Under the pieces are notes generated by a model. The model ran no database searches. It was not told the DNA's origin and was given only the letters and a program-made list of their open reading frames with translations. A DNA stretch of 64,000 nucleotides from positions 65,381 through 129,380 of the forward strand of contig JAYSSK010000057.1 in NCBI GenBank assembly GCA_043720595.1, written 5' to 3'. Shown here piece by piece: positions 9,671-18,826 of the stretch (position 1 is the stretch's first letter; every line of letters begins with the position of its first letter). Source of the DNA: Acidimicrobiia bacterium (GTDB lineage Bacteria; Actinomycetota; Acidimicrobiia; Acidimicrobiales; JANYDT01). The translations under genes were made by a program, and so were the position numbers.

Positions 9671-10936
9671 ATGAATTTCACACCCGAGGTGGAGCAACCC
9701 ATCAAACACTTGGGCCCAATGGCTGGCGTCAACGTTGTCGAGATAGGCGTCTGGGTGGCTGGGCCGGCAGCCGCAGGAATCCTGGCCGATTGGGGTGCAT
9801 CGGTGATCAAGGTCGAACCACCTGCAGGCGATCCGGCCCGCCAGTTCCACGCCATGCTCGGTGGTGACCTGCCGACCAACCCGGTCTTCGAGCTGGACAA
9901 TCGATCCAAGCGCGGGGTGGCGTTGGACATCACCCAACCCGCTGCGTACCAAGCCGTCTGTGCACTTATCGATAGAGCTGATGTGTTCGTCAGTAACCTT
10001 CGGCCGGGTGCATTGGAACGCCTGAAGCTCGACCCGGTCACCCTGATGGCCCGCAACCCACGCCTGATCTATGCGTCGATCACCGGCTATGGCGTTGAAG
10101 GCGACGACCGAGATCGTGCTGCCTTCGACATCGGCGCCTTCTGGTCCCGGTCTGGCATCGCCGATCTCCTCACCCCACCGGGTGGTATGCCCCCATATCA
10201 ACGTGGGGGTATGGGGGATCACCCGACAGGGATGTCTGCGGCCGCCGCCATCAGCGCAGCGCTGTTTCACCGTGAGCGAACCGGGGAGGGTCAGCTGGTG
10301 AGCACATCGCTTCTGCGTCAAGGCATGTACACCGTGGGGTTCGATCTCAACCTGGCGCTCGGGTGGGGGAGGGTCCCGTCGAAGGGCGTCCGCCAGACCA
10401 TGGCCAGCCCGACCGTTAACCATTACCAGGCAAGCGACGGCAAACGGTTCTGGATGATTGGGTTGGAAGGTTCTCGTCACTGGCCGTCGCTCGCCCGCGC
10501 TGTTGACCACGAGGAATGGGTCAGCGAGGAACGCTTCGCGACGCCGTTGGCGCGCGCCCAGAACGCATCGGTGCTAGTTGGTCTGTTGGACGCAGCGTTT
10601 GGCACCAAGACCCTGGCCGAGTGGGCAACGGTGTTCGCCCATGACCCAGAAGTGTTCTGGGCCCCCGTGCAGACGGTGGACGACGTGTTGGCCGACCCGC
10701 AGGCATGGGCTGCAGGTGCCTACGTTGAGGTTCCCGGCCCGTCTGGGCCGACAACGATGGTGGCCACACCGGTCGACTTTGCCGGTAGCCCATCGGCGCC
10801 AACCGGGCTAGCTCCTGACCTCGGTGAACACACCCGAGAGGTATTGGGCGAGTTGGGCTACGACGACGCCAAGATCAACGCGATGTACGAGTCGGGAGCA
10901 GCTGTCACACGACGATGGTTCGGTGACAACGACTGA
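9671..10936 (+). CDS. CoA transferase family III (CaiB/BaiF-like)
   Basis: N-terminus GVNVVEIGVWVAGPAAAGILADWGASVIKVEPPAGDP, with GGAGGG 5 nt upstream of the ATG. Confidence 0.9.
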   Translation: MNFTPEVEQPIKHLGPMAGVNVVEIGVWVAGPAAAGILADWGASVIKVEPPAGDPARQFHAMLGGDLPTNPVFELDNRSKRGVALDITQPAAYQAVCALIDRADVFVSNLRPGALERLKLDPVTLMARNPRLIYASITGYGVEGDDRDRAAFDIGAFWSRSGIADLLTPPGGMPPYQRGGMGDHPTGMSAAAAISAALFHRERTGEGQLVSTSLLRQGMYTVGFDLNLALGWGRVPSKGVRQTMASPTVNHYQASDGKRFWMIGLEGSRHWPSLARAVDHEEWVSEERFATPLARAQNASVLVGLLDAAFGTKTLAEWATVFAHDPEVFWAPVQTVDDVLADPQAWAAGAYVEVPGPSGPTTMVATPVDFAGSPSAPTGLAPDLGEHTREVLGELGYDDAKINAMYESGAAVTRRWFGDND

Positions 10937-10960
10937 TGCAGCCGACCTGGGACGTCTGCT

Positions 10961-10991
10961 GATGAGCTAGCCGATGAGCTAGCCGATGAGA
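10961..10991. repeat. 12-bp tandem repeat, about 2.6 copies (gatgagctagcc), spanning the regulator's stop codon
   Basis: The minus strand reads CTCATCGGCTAG CTCATCGGCTAG CTCATC, which is L-I-G-stop repeated. Confidence 0.9.
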
Positions 10992-11854
10992 GAGGTGCAT
11001 TCGGCTGCGCCGGTGGGACGCGTCCCAAGCAGCGAAGGTTCGCCTTCGCCGTGCAGCGTGAGCAGCATGGCGCGCACGATGCCACGGTCGACCGCGCAGA
11101 TAACCGGATGTTGCGTGCTGAGATCGCCGAACGGACAGTTGCCCGACACGATGGATGGGCCGTCGACATGTTCTTGGGTTCGGGCGGCAAAGCCGTGTGC
11201 CGTCAGTGCATCGGCAACAGCGTGTAGGGCCGATTGCATGGACCGATGTCCGTCGCCCGGGTTCATCTGCTCGGCGAGTTCCCTGCCGTAATGCTCGCCA
11301 ACCTCTTCGGCCATCGCAGCAGCGACGTCGGTTGGCAGAAGTTCCAACGCACGGCCCAGGAGCATCGCAATGAGATCGTGTCGACGGGCCGGGAATTCGA
11401 GATCGATCGGGCGGCCGTTGGACTTATACCGTTTCGACGGGCGTCCGGTTCGACCCGACCCTGCCTCCAGCTCGACATCGAGGTAACCGCCAGAGTTGAG
11501 CTTGTCCAGGTGGTGCCGGGCCACGTTGGCGTGTACCCCGCAGCGCTCTGCTGCCTGGGCGGCGGTAATGCCGTCCGGCATGGACCGCGCCAGCAGGTAG
11601 ATGCGGCGACGGGTCTGATCACCGAACATCGACGTCGCTGCTGATACTGCCGAGGAGAAGTACTGCGGGCCGTCTGCGTCGTTTTCCGGAACCTGGTTGC
11701 GCGGCGCAACGCGACTTGACGACAAGCCCTCCGGGAAGGGTGGTCGAAGGCCGGGTTGGGGGGCGCGTTGTGGCTTGCCGCTGATGGCCACGTGAGTCCC
11801 GTTCATGGCCAGATGGTACTCCGGCCCTCCCTTTTCCGGGCGGCCCTTGTGCAC
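10979..11854 (-). CDS. winged-helix (ArsR-like) transcriptional regulator with Cys-containing C-terminal sensor domain (SufR-like?)
   Basis: HTH region GDQTRRRIYLLARS..ITAAQAAERCGVHANVARHHLDKLNSGGYL. C-terminal region CPFGDLSTQHPVIC...EC. Start uncertain: GTG 11854, ATG 11806 or ATG 11629. The first ~75 codons are Pro-rich and may be non-coding. Confidence 0.7.
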   Translation of the reverse strand: MHKGRPEKGGPEYHLAMNGTHVAISGKPQRAPQPGLRPPFPEGLSSSRVAPRNQVPENDADGPQYFSSAVSAATSMFGDQTRRRIYLLARSMPDGITAAQAAERCGVHANVARHHLDKLNSGGYLDVELEAGSGRTGRPSKRYKSNGRPIDLEFPARRHDLIAMLLGRALELLPTDVAAAMAEEVGEHYGRELAEQMNPGDGHRSMQSALHAVADALTAHGFAARTQEHVDGPSIVSGNCPFGDLSTQHPVICAVDRGIVRAMLLTLHGEGEPSLLGTRPTGAAECTSLIG

Positions 11855-11967
11855 GGTCCGAGCGCACGCCCTTCGGCGGCGTGAAATCGGTTACCGAAGG
11901 GTGCCGGTAGCGTGGAAGCGGTCCACCACCGAATCCGGTCGGTCGACGCAACTCCGGAGCCTGCCAG

Positions 11968-13158
11968 ATGACCCTCACCGAAGCCGATGTGATCGCCGCC
12001 CTGCGCGAGGTCAACGAGCCCGAACTGCACCGCAGCATCGTGGAACTCGACCTTGTCCGATCTGTCACCGTTGGGTCCCGTGGTTCGAGCATCGAAGTCG
12101 TTGTCGCAACCAAAGTGGCAGACGACGAAACCGCCGAAGACTTGGCCCAGGCAGTCGAACGCCGGCTCAGCCAGCTGCCCGGCGTATCCACGGTTCGTTG
12201 TGCGCTCGACGTGCTCGCCATCGACGAGCAGCGCGTGTTGCTGGCCCGCCTGCGCGAAGGATGGGCCACGCACGAGAACGCCGGCCAGTCCGGCCATGGC
12301 CACTCAACCGGCCCGGCCGAGGCTCCACCGTTCATGCAGATCGGTGCCAAGACCCGCATTCTCGGCATCGCGTCAGGCAAGGGCGGGGTCGGCAAATCCT
12401 CTACCACCGTCAATCTGGCCGTGTCACTTGCGAAGATGGGTTACCGCGTCGGCGTGCTCGACGCCGACATCTATGGGTTCTCCGTGCCGAAGATGCTGGG
12501 TGTCGACCGCCAGCCGACCATGATTCCCGACGCCGATGGCGACGAGAAAGAATTGCGGATGATCATCCCGCCGGTCGGGCACGGCGTGTCCGCGATGAGC
12601 ATGGGCTTCCTCGTCGAAGAAGACCGGGCCATCATCTGGCGTGGGCCGATGATCCACAAAGCGCTCGAACAGTTCCTCACCGACGTTTACTGGGGCGAGC
12701 CGGATTTCCTGCTCGTTGACATGCCACCCGGTACCGGCGACGTCGCACTGTCAATGGCCCAGTACCTGCCACGGGCAGAGCTGTTCATCGTCACTACGCC
12801 GCAGCCAGCCGCGCAGCGCGTTGCGCAGCGCAGTGCGTCAATGGCTCGTCAGCCGCAGATCAACATGGCTGTGGCTGGTGTCATCGAGAACATGAGCTGG
12901 TTCAGTGGTGACGACGGTAGGCGTTACGAGATTTTCGGCTCCGGCGGCGGTCAAGAGTTGGCCGACACACTTTCGGTCCCGTTGTTGGGCCAGATCCCCT
13001 TGGTTCCCGCGTTGCGTGAGGGAATGGACATCGGTCTGCCCATCACCGTGTCAGACCCCGATGCCGAGGCTTCGGCCGCATACGCTGCCATCGCCCGTAC
13101 CATCGCTCAGGACATGGCCCCTAAGCGCCGATACAACAAAGCACTCCGCATCGGCTGA
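11968..13158 (+). CDS. mrp: Mrp/ApbC/NBP35-family Fe-S cluster carrier ATPase with N-terminal DUF59/MIP18 domain
   Basis: DUF59-like N-terminus (EADVIAALREVNEPELHRSIVELDLV), deviant Walker A ASGKGGVGKSS, and MPPGTGD. Confidence 0.92.
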   Translation: MTLTEADVIAALREVNEPELHRSIVELDLVRSVTVGSRGSSIEVVVATKVADDETAEDLAQAVERRLSQLPGVSTVRCALDVLAIDEQRVLLARLREGWATHENAGQSGHGHSTGPAEAPPFMQIGAKTRILGIASGKGGVGKSSTTVNLAVSLAKMGYRVGVLDADIYGFSVPKMLGVDRQPTMIPDADGDEKELRMIIPPVGHGVSAMSMGFLVEEDRAIIWRGPMIHKALEQFLTDVYWGEPDFLLVDMPPGTGDVALSMAQYLPRAELFIVTTPQPAAQRVAQRSASMARQPQINMAVAGVIENMSWFSGDDGRRYEIFGSGGGQELADTLSVPLLGQIPLVPALREGMDIGLPITVSDPDAEASAAYAAIARTIAQDMAPKRRYNKALRIG

Positions 13159-13184
13159 ACCCATCGGCTGAACCCATCGGCTGA
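13149..13184. repeat. 13-bp tandem repeat, about 2.8 copies (catcggctgaacc), spanning the mrp stop codon
   Basis: Each copy carries ATCGGCTGA (I-G-stop). The first TGA (13156-13158) is the functional stop. Confidence 0.9.
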
Positions 13185-13287
13185 TGCGTCAGCCAAGTAC
13201 TGCCAAGCACACCCAGCTAGCACCTGCACCCCCGAACTCCCCATCAAACCTGAGCCACTGGCTCGAACCTTCGAAGAGGCACACAAC

Positions 13288-13518
13288 GTGGACGTCCGCA
13301 TCGGTATCACCCAATCCGTCAGGGAGATCGAACTCGACATGGCTGACGAGCAGCACGATCAGCTGCGCGCCGACGTCGAGAAGGCACTCGCGTCCGGCGA
13401 AGGGGTGCTCTGGCTCACCGATCGCAAGGGCCGTGACATCGGTGTTCCTGCGGCCAAGATCGCATATGTCGAAATTGGCAGCACGTCCGACGAACGAAAG
13501 GTCGGGTTCGCCCGCTAA
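13288..13518 (+). CDS. DUF3107-like small protein
   Basis: 76 aa. VRIGITQSVREIELD...GVLWLTDRKGRDIGVPAAKIAYVEIG matches the conserved actinobacterial DUF3107 pattern. GTG start. Confidence 0.8.
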   Translation: MDVRIGITQSVREIELDMADEQHDQLRADVEKALASGEGVLWLTDRKGRDIGVPAAKIAYVEIGSTSDERKVGFAR

Positions 13519-13535
13519 TTCCAGCGGCAACCACA

Positions 13536-14483
13536 ATGCTGTTCGACCGTGAGCTGCTGATTGTCACCGGCAAGGGTGGCGTCGGCAAGACCACGGTCGC
13601 ATCGTCGTTGGCTTGGGCAGCGGCCGAGCAAGGCAAGCGAGTGCTTGCAGTCGAACTCGACGCAACGGGCGACCTGCATACGGCGCTGGTGGGGCCTCGG
13701 CCGGACTTCATCCCGTCGTACCAACCTGTTGAGCGTCAACAACGCCTCTGGTCCATGTCGATGGACCCGGAAGAGTCGTTGAAGGAATACCTCCGTACAT
13801 TCCTAAAGATCCCCGTGGTTACCCGCATTGGCGTGCTGTCCGGCATGTTCGATTTCGTAGCCAACGCGGCCCCTGGCGTGCGTGAAATCGTCACCATGGG
13901 CAAGGTGTGCTTCGAAGTCCGTGAACATCACTACGACCTCGTTGTCGTCGATGCCACGGCCACCGGCCACATTGTTGGTCAGCTCGATGCACCGCAAGCC
14001 ATCAACGAGTTGGTGGGCGCCGGGCTCATCCGCAGTCAGACCGGTTGGATGCGGGCCATCCTCAGCGACCCTGCCCGTACGGGTGTTGTTGCTGTAACGA
14101 CTCCTGAAGAGATGCCGGTCGTCGAGACCGTTGAACTGCTCGAACGCTTGCGTGGACGGGTCCGAGTCGACGTGGCCGCCGTTGTGGTGAACCGGGTGCT
14201 TCCCGAGCCGCTTGCACGCGCTGACCTGGCTGAGTTCGAAACCCTGTGTGCTCAACCCGCAGCGCTTGACCGGATCATGGGTGGCGACACTGCGCCGTTG
14301 CGCGAGTCCATCGATTTCGCCGTGCGGCAACGCCGTAGTCGTGAAGTCCATCTCGCCGATTTGCTAGGTGTAGTTGGTCCGACTCCTGTCGCGTTCGTGC
14401 CGTGGCTCGGCTGGTCTGAACCGGGCCCGTCGTGTACCGCTTCGGTTGCGGCGCTCTTGGGGGAGGAACTCGGATGGCCGTGA
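13536..14483 (+). CDS. ArsA/GET3-family ATPase (first of a pair)
   Basis: P-loop VTGKGGVGKTT, ATGH motif and ArsA-like length. Confidence 0.85.
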   Translation: MLFDRELLIVTGKGGVGKTTVASSLAWAAAEQGKRVLAVELDATGDLHTALVGPRPDFIPSYQPVERQQRLWSMSMDPEESLKEYLRTFLKIPVVTRIGVLSGMFDFVANAAPGVREIVTMGKVCFEVREHHYDLVVVDATATGHIVGQLDAPQAINELVGAGLIRSQTGWMRAILSDPARTGVVAVTTPEEMPVVETVELLERLRGRVRVDVAAVVVNRVLPEPLARADLAEFETLCAQPAALDRIMGGDTAPLRESIDFAVRQRRSREVHLADLLGVVGPTPVAFVPWLGWSEPGPSCTASVAALLGEELGWP

Positions 14484-15727
14484 ACATTCCGGCGAGTCCG
14501 ACGGCCTCGCTTGCTGATGCCCGAGTGCTGATCGTTTGTGGGTCTGGTGGAGTCGGCAAAACAACAACAGCTGCGTCGCTTGCGGCGGCAGCGGCGACCG
14601 GTGGCAAACGAGTGTTGGTGCTCACCATCGATCCAGCGAAACGGCTTGCGACGGCGCTCGGGCTAGAAGTCGTCGGCAACACCGAAACCCGTGTCGAACT
14701 TCCCGTCGGGGCTGTCGGGCATGCGGACGTTGCGATTGGCGCTGGACCCGGCGAACTGTGGGTTGCCATGCTCGACACATCGGCATCGTGGGACGACTTG
14801 GTCCGACGACACGCTCCCGATGCCGACACCCGAGACCGAATCCTCGCCAACCCGCTGTATCGAAACATCACGCAAAGGTTCGTCCAAAGCCACGACTACA
14901 TCGCGATGGAGCGACTGCACGAGTTGGCAGAGTCGGCGCGCTTTGACCTCATTGTGGTGGACACCCCGCCAAGCAGACATGCCATTGATTTCCTCGAAGC
15001 GCCGCAACGAATGAAGGACTTCTTCACGTCTGCGTTGCTGCGGTGGATCACGTTTCCGTACCGGGTGGGCGGCGAACGCGGAGGTCGGCTTGGGTATCTG
15101 GCAACGAAGCCCTTCTACCAAATCGCCGACCGCATCCTGGGTTCACAGTTCTTGCAGGACGTGGCCGAGTTCTTTCTGCTGTTCCAAGGAATGTACGAAG
15201 GCTTTGTTCACCGGGCCACGTCGGTCGCGCAGCTCATCGGCTCACCAGAGACGGCGTTCATAGTCGTCACCACCCCCGAGCCCGCACCGATGCACGAAGC
15301 CGACTACTTCACCGCCGAGCTGGCAAAACGGGGTCTGCGTTTGGGCGCAGCAGTGATGAACCGAGTTGCTCCGCCCGCAATGGTCGACATTGTCGGCGCG
15401 GCTCCGCTTGCAGCGGAATCGGTCGCGCTTGCGAGTTCGTTTCTGCAACGCATCGACGATGATTCCGTTGGCGGACAGCCAAGTGCTTCCCTTCGACGCA
15501 TTGCGATTGCTGCTGCTGAAACGCATGTGCAGCAGATCCAGCTGGCCGAGCACCAACGGAGGCAGTTCCAGAGGTTCTGCCCGAACGCTGGTGTGCGTGT
15601 TGCACTGCCCGAGGCACCCGACCCGATCGACGATGTGGTTTCGCTCGCGCGGATTGGCCGCCTTGTCTTCGAACCGGCACTTGTTGGCACGCCACCGAAA
15701 CAAGCCGCAGGGCGACGACGCCGATGA
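14474..15727 (+). CDS. ArsA/GET3-family ATPase (second of a pair)
   Basis: P-loop CGSGGVGKTTT and LTIDPAKRL. GGGAGGAA lies 5 nt upstream of ATG 14474. There is a 10-nt overlap with the upstream stop. Confidence 0.85.
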   Translation: MAVNIPASPTASLADARVLIVCGSGGVGKTTTAASLAAAAATGGKRVLVLTIDPAKRLATALGLEVVGNTETRVELPVGAVGHADVAIGAGPGELWVAMLDTSASWDDLVRRHAPDADTRDRILANPLYRNITQRFVQSHDYIAMERLHELAESARFDLIVVDTPPSRHAIDFLEAPQRMKDFFTSALLRWITFPYRVGGERGGRLGYLATKPFYQIADRILGSQFLQDVAEFFLLFQGMYEGFVHRATSVAQLIGSPETAFIVVTTPEPAPMHEADYFTAELAKRGLRLGAAVMNRVAPPAMVDIVGAAPLAAESVALASSFLQRIDDDSVGGQPSASLRRIAIAAAETHVQQIQLAEHQRRQFQRFCPNAGVRVALPEAPDPIDDVVSLARIGRLVFEPALVGTPPKQAAGRRRR

Positions 15728-17430
15728 CGCAACAGCACCAATCCTCTGAACACCATCTGGATCTGCTGGTCCGCTCGTGGGGGCTGATGGCCGATGTTGG
15801 ATTCTGTGATTTGCTGCTGCTGCAACGTGGGTCCGGTGCCATCGGCTGGCGCGTCACTGCGCAGGTTCGGCCAACCACTCATCAAACTCTGTACGCAGAG
15901 GATCTGGTGGGTCAGGTTGTTACACCTGCCGAACGCCCGGTTCTGAACGAGCAATGGTCCGGCCGGTCATGGTCCGATTCCAATGTCTACGCCATCGGTG
16001 CAACGAGTGCGGCCCGATCCCGCGCGATCCCTGTCCCCGCAAGAAGGTCAGGTGCCGGCCAACCATCGGTCCAGCCTGTCGACCGACGTGCTGCGGAACC
16101 TGCTGCGGAACCTGCCGCGGTTGTCCTCTGCGAGGCTGCGGTCGCCGCCGGTCGTCGCCGGGGGCGCCTTGAACGGGCGTATATTGACATCTTCGATCAG
16201 CTGTCAGAGATGATCGCCGCCGGCCGCTTTCCGTATTCCGAGGACTACGAACCGACCGAGAACATGCGGGTGGGCGACGGCGTTGTGGTTCTGGACTCTG
16301 AAGCGCGCATACGATTTGCTTCGCCGAATGCAACGTCGTCGTTGCACCGTCTCGGAGTTCAGGTAAACGCCGAGGGGAAACGCCTCACCGAGTTGGGGCT
16401 ACAAGAGGGTTGGCTCGATGATGTCGCCGCAGCCACGGTGCCCCTCAGTGGGGAACTGACGGCTGTCCTCCCTGGGCGCGGAGCGGGTAGAGGTCTGTTC
16501 AGCCCCCCCGGGATCACCAGTGGAGGCGCAGCCGTATTTGAAACCCAGTCGGGTCTGCATTCCTCGGCCACCTACAAAACACGGACGGCCGCTGAACCGA
16601 ACCTGTCGACGGTCGTCGCAACGTACCTTCTGCCGCTGAACGAGGGCAGTCTGCTGCTGATGCGAGACGTGACCGACGTGCGGCGGCGAGACCGTTTGAT
16701 CAGATCGAAAGACGCAACCATCCGCGAGGTTCACCACCGTGTGAAGAACAACCTCCAGACCATCAGTTCGTTGCTTCGATTGCAGGGTCGTCGAACTGGG
16801 TCTCCCGAGGCGCGTGAAGCGATCGAAGAATCCGTTCGCCGAATTCGGTCGATGGCGTTGGTGCACGAAACCCTGTCTCAGGGCATCACCTCTGCCGTCC
16901 CGTTCAACGACGTCATTCGCCCTTTGGTTCGCGTTGTCGAGGAGGGACTGCAAGAGAGCGGGCACGGGTCCCGTCCTGTTCGTTTCAGTATCGAGGGCAG
17001 TGCTGGAGAGCTGCCGGCAGAAATTGCGACACCCTTATCGATAGTCCTCGTTGAGTTGCTGCAGAACGCCGTTGAGCATGGGTACCCGGCTCCAGCGCTA
17101 CCTGGCTCGGGTACCCCATCAAGCGGCGCGTCGGGGGGCTTTGGCGGTGGGGCGGTTCGTGTTCGGTTCGACCGGATTGGAGGTGCCGAACCACAACTGA
17201 GGGTTGTCGTTCGAGATGACGGGCGCGGGTTCCCTCCGGGGTTCTCCCTGTCCTCACCAACCGCAGGTGCCAGCCTCGGGTTGACCATCGTCAGGACCTT
17301 GATCACCTCTGAATTGGGCGGTGTCATCTCGACATACAACGACAACCGACCACCTGCTGCTGGATCCTCTACCGGAGTTCCAGGCGGAGGCGCCGTGGTC
17401 GAGATCCGCATACCGCTCGGAGAACACTGA
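15724..17430 (+). CDS. pdtaS: PdtaS-type sensor histidine kinase (GAF/PAS N-terminus, HisKA_2, HATPase)
   Basis: H-box EVHHRVKNNLQTISSLLRLQ, N-box ELLQNAVEHG and G-box VRDDGRGFP. The soluble N-terminus resembles PdtaS. The ATG overlaps the upstream TGA (ATGA). Confidence 0.75.
   Translation: MTQQHQSSEHHLDLLVRSWGLMADVGFCDLLLLQRGSGAIGWRVTAQVRPTTHQTLYAEDLVGQVVTPAERPVLNEQWSGRSWSDSNVYAIGATSAARSRAIPVPARRSGAGQPSVQPVDRRAAEPAAEPAAVVLCEAAVAAGRRRGRLERAYIDIFDQLSEMIAAGRFPYSEDYEPTENMRVGDGVVVLDSEARIRFASPNATSSLHRLGVQVNAEGKRLTELGLQEGWLDDVAAATVPLSGELTAVLPGRGAGRGLFSPPGITSGGAAVFETQSGLHSSATYKTRTAAEPNLSTVVATYLLPLNEGSLLLMRDVTDVRRRDRLIRSKDATIREVHHRVKNNLQTISSLLRLQGRRTGSPEAREAIEESVRRIRSMALVHETLSQGITSAVPFNDVIRPLVRVVEEGLQESGHGSRPVRFSIEGSAGELPAEIATPLSIVLVELLQNAVEHGYPAPALPGSGTPSSGASGGFGGGAVRVRFDRIGGAEPQLRVVVRDDGRGFPPGFSLSSPTAGASLGLTIVRTLITSELGGVISTYNDNRPPAAGSSTGVPGGGAVVEIRIPLGEH
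16090..16120 (+). repeat. 12-bp in-frame tandem duplication (gctgcggaacct x2 plus a partial copy)
   Basis: Encodes AAEPAAEPAA inside the kinase sensor region. Confidence 0.85.
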
Positions 17431-17476
17431 TCGAGGTCTGGTGCATTGCAGGGTCGTGGCGGGCAAAACTGTCGGC

Positions 17477-18196
17477 ATGACTAGTAACCCGGTTCCGCGC
17501 GTCGTTGCCCATCGAGGCGCATCGCGCGTCGAGCGGGAGAACACGGTCCAGGCTTTTGCTCGGGCAGTTGAGATGGGCGCCGACATGGTGGAACTCGACG
17601 TGCGGTTGAGCGCCGACAATGTAATGGCCGTTCATCACGACCCCAGGATCGAAGGCCTTGGGGCCATTTGCTCGCTCAGGTTGTGCGAATTGCCTCAGTA
17701 TGTGCCGACGCTCGCCGCATCGCTTGATGCGTGCGCTGACCTGCAGGTCAACATCGAGATCAAAAGTGATCCCGACGAACCGGGCTACGACCCCGACCAT
17801 CGCTTGACGCGGCTTGTGACGGAGTTACTGCTTCACGACCCGCGACGTGAGCGGTACATCATCTCGTCGTTCGATCGGGCGGTCATCGATCTCGTGAAAG
17901 AGCTCGACGGTGGTATGTCCACGGGCTTTTTGTTCAGCGTGTCTGCCCGACCCGGCCGAATCATCGAGACCTGCCTGCGCGACGGACATCAGGCAATCCA
18001 TCCTTTCCACCGGCCGTTGGTCCGACGCACCGTCGAGCAGGCCACCGAAGCTGGTCTGGCCGTGAACGTGTGGACCGTCGATGAACCTGATCGGATGCGA
18101 ACCCTGAGCAGCTGGGGCGTGTCGGCGATCATCACCAACGTCCCTGATGTTGCGACAGCCGTTCTTCGCGGAGGTACGGACAACCCGGGCAGCTGA
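17477..18196 (+). CDS. glycerophosphodiester phosphodiesterase family protein
   Basis: Motifs VVAHRGAS..ENTVQAF..A.EMGADMVELDVRL, NIEIK and VWTVD. Confidence 0.85.
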   Translation: MTSNPVPRVVAHRGASRVERENTVQAFARAVEMGADMVELDVRLSADNVMAVHHDPRIEGLGAICSLRLCELPQYVPTLAASLDACADLQVNIEIKSDPDEPGYDPDHRLTRLVTELLLHDPRRERYIISSFDRAVIDLVKELDGGMSTGFLFSVSARPGRIIETCLRDGHQAIHPFHRPLVRRTVEQATEAGLAVNVWTVDEPDRMRTLSSWGVSAIITNVPDVATAVLRGGTDNPGS

Positions 18197-18364
18197 AAGG
18201 TTCAGTTGCCCGCTCCGGTGGACACGTTGAGCGCGCAGAATAAAACCGTTTGCATCAGTAGTGCGAATAATTCGGACCCTCTGTGAGGGACGGAAATGTG
18301 ACAGACTCGTACGTTCGATCTTCATGGATGCCTGTGACGGAGGCACGACATTTGCGAAAGCGCT

Positions 18365-18820
18365 ATGGCGAATCTGCTTACACACCCGACGCATCACGAC
18401 GCCTGGCGGGGGCTTCTGAAGTTCCATGCCCGCGTCACGACCGCTGTTTCGTCCCGGCTGCAGATTGAGACCGGTCTCACGCTCGCTGAGTTCGAGGTTC
18501 TGACGCATCTCGCCGAGCACCCTGCCCAGAGGCTACCCATGAGCGAGCTGGCCAGAGAAGTCGTCCTCACTCCCAGTGGCATCACTCGTATGGTCGACCG
18601 GCTGGTGGCACGTGGGTTCGTCGAACGGCAACCGGTCCCTAGCGATGCGCGGGTTCAACACGCGGTCATTACCGAAGAGGGCCGTGTCGTGGTGGCTAAG
18701 GCGACCATCGTTCAGAACGAAGAAATCGCCGACCGTTTCATCGGTCAGCTCAGTCCGCGGCAAATTTCGCAGCTGCGAGAAATCTGGACCGCGCTCGAAG
18801 GTGTTCCCGCGGCGGACTAA
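18365..18820 (+). CDS. MarR family transcriptional regulator
   Basis: GLTLAEFEVLTHLAE..MSELAREVVLTPSGITRMVDRLVARGFVER..DARV is a typical MarR wHTH. Confidence 0.9.
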   Translation: MANLLTHPTHHDAWRGLLKFHARVTTAVSSRLQIETGLTLAEFEVLTHLAEHPAQRLPMSELAREVVLTPSGITRMVDRLVARGFVERQPVPSDARVQHAVITEEGRVVVAKATIVQNEEIADRFIGQLSPRQISQLREIWTALEGVPAAD

Positions 18821-18826
18821 CTGTCG

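Noticed and set aside
13536-15727. Reading the two ArsA-like ATPases as an arsenic-resistance operon
   Set aside because: No arsB, acr3, arsC, arsD or arsR is adjacent. Each protein is a single-domain, half-size ArsA homologue in the conserved actinobacterial pair arrangement. The ArsI/CadI-like gene is 18 kb away and separately transcribed.
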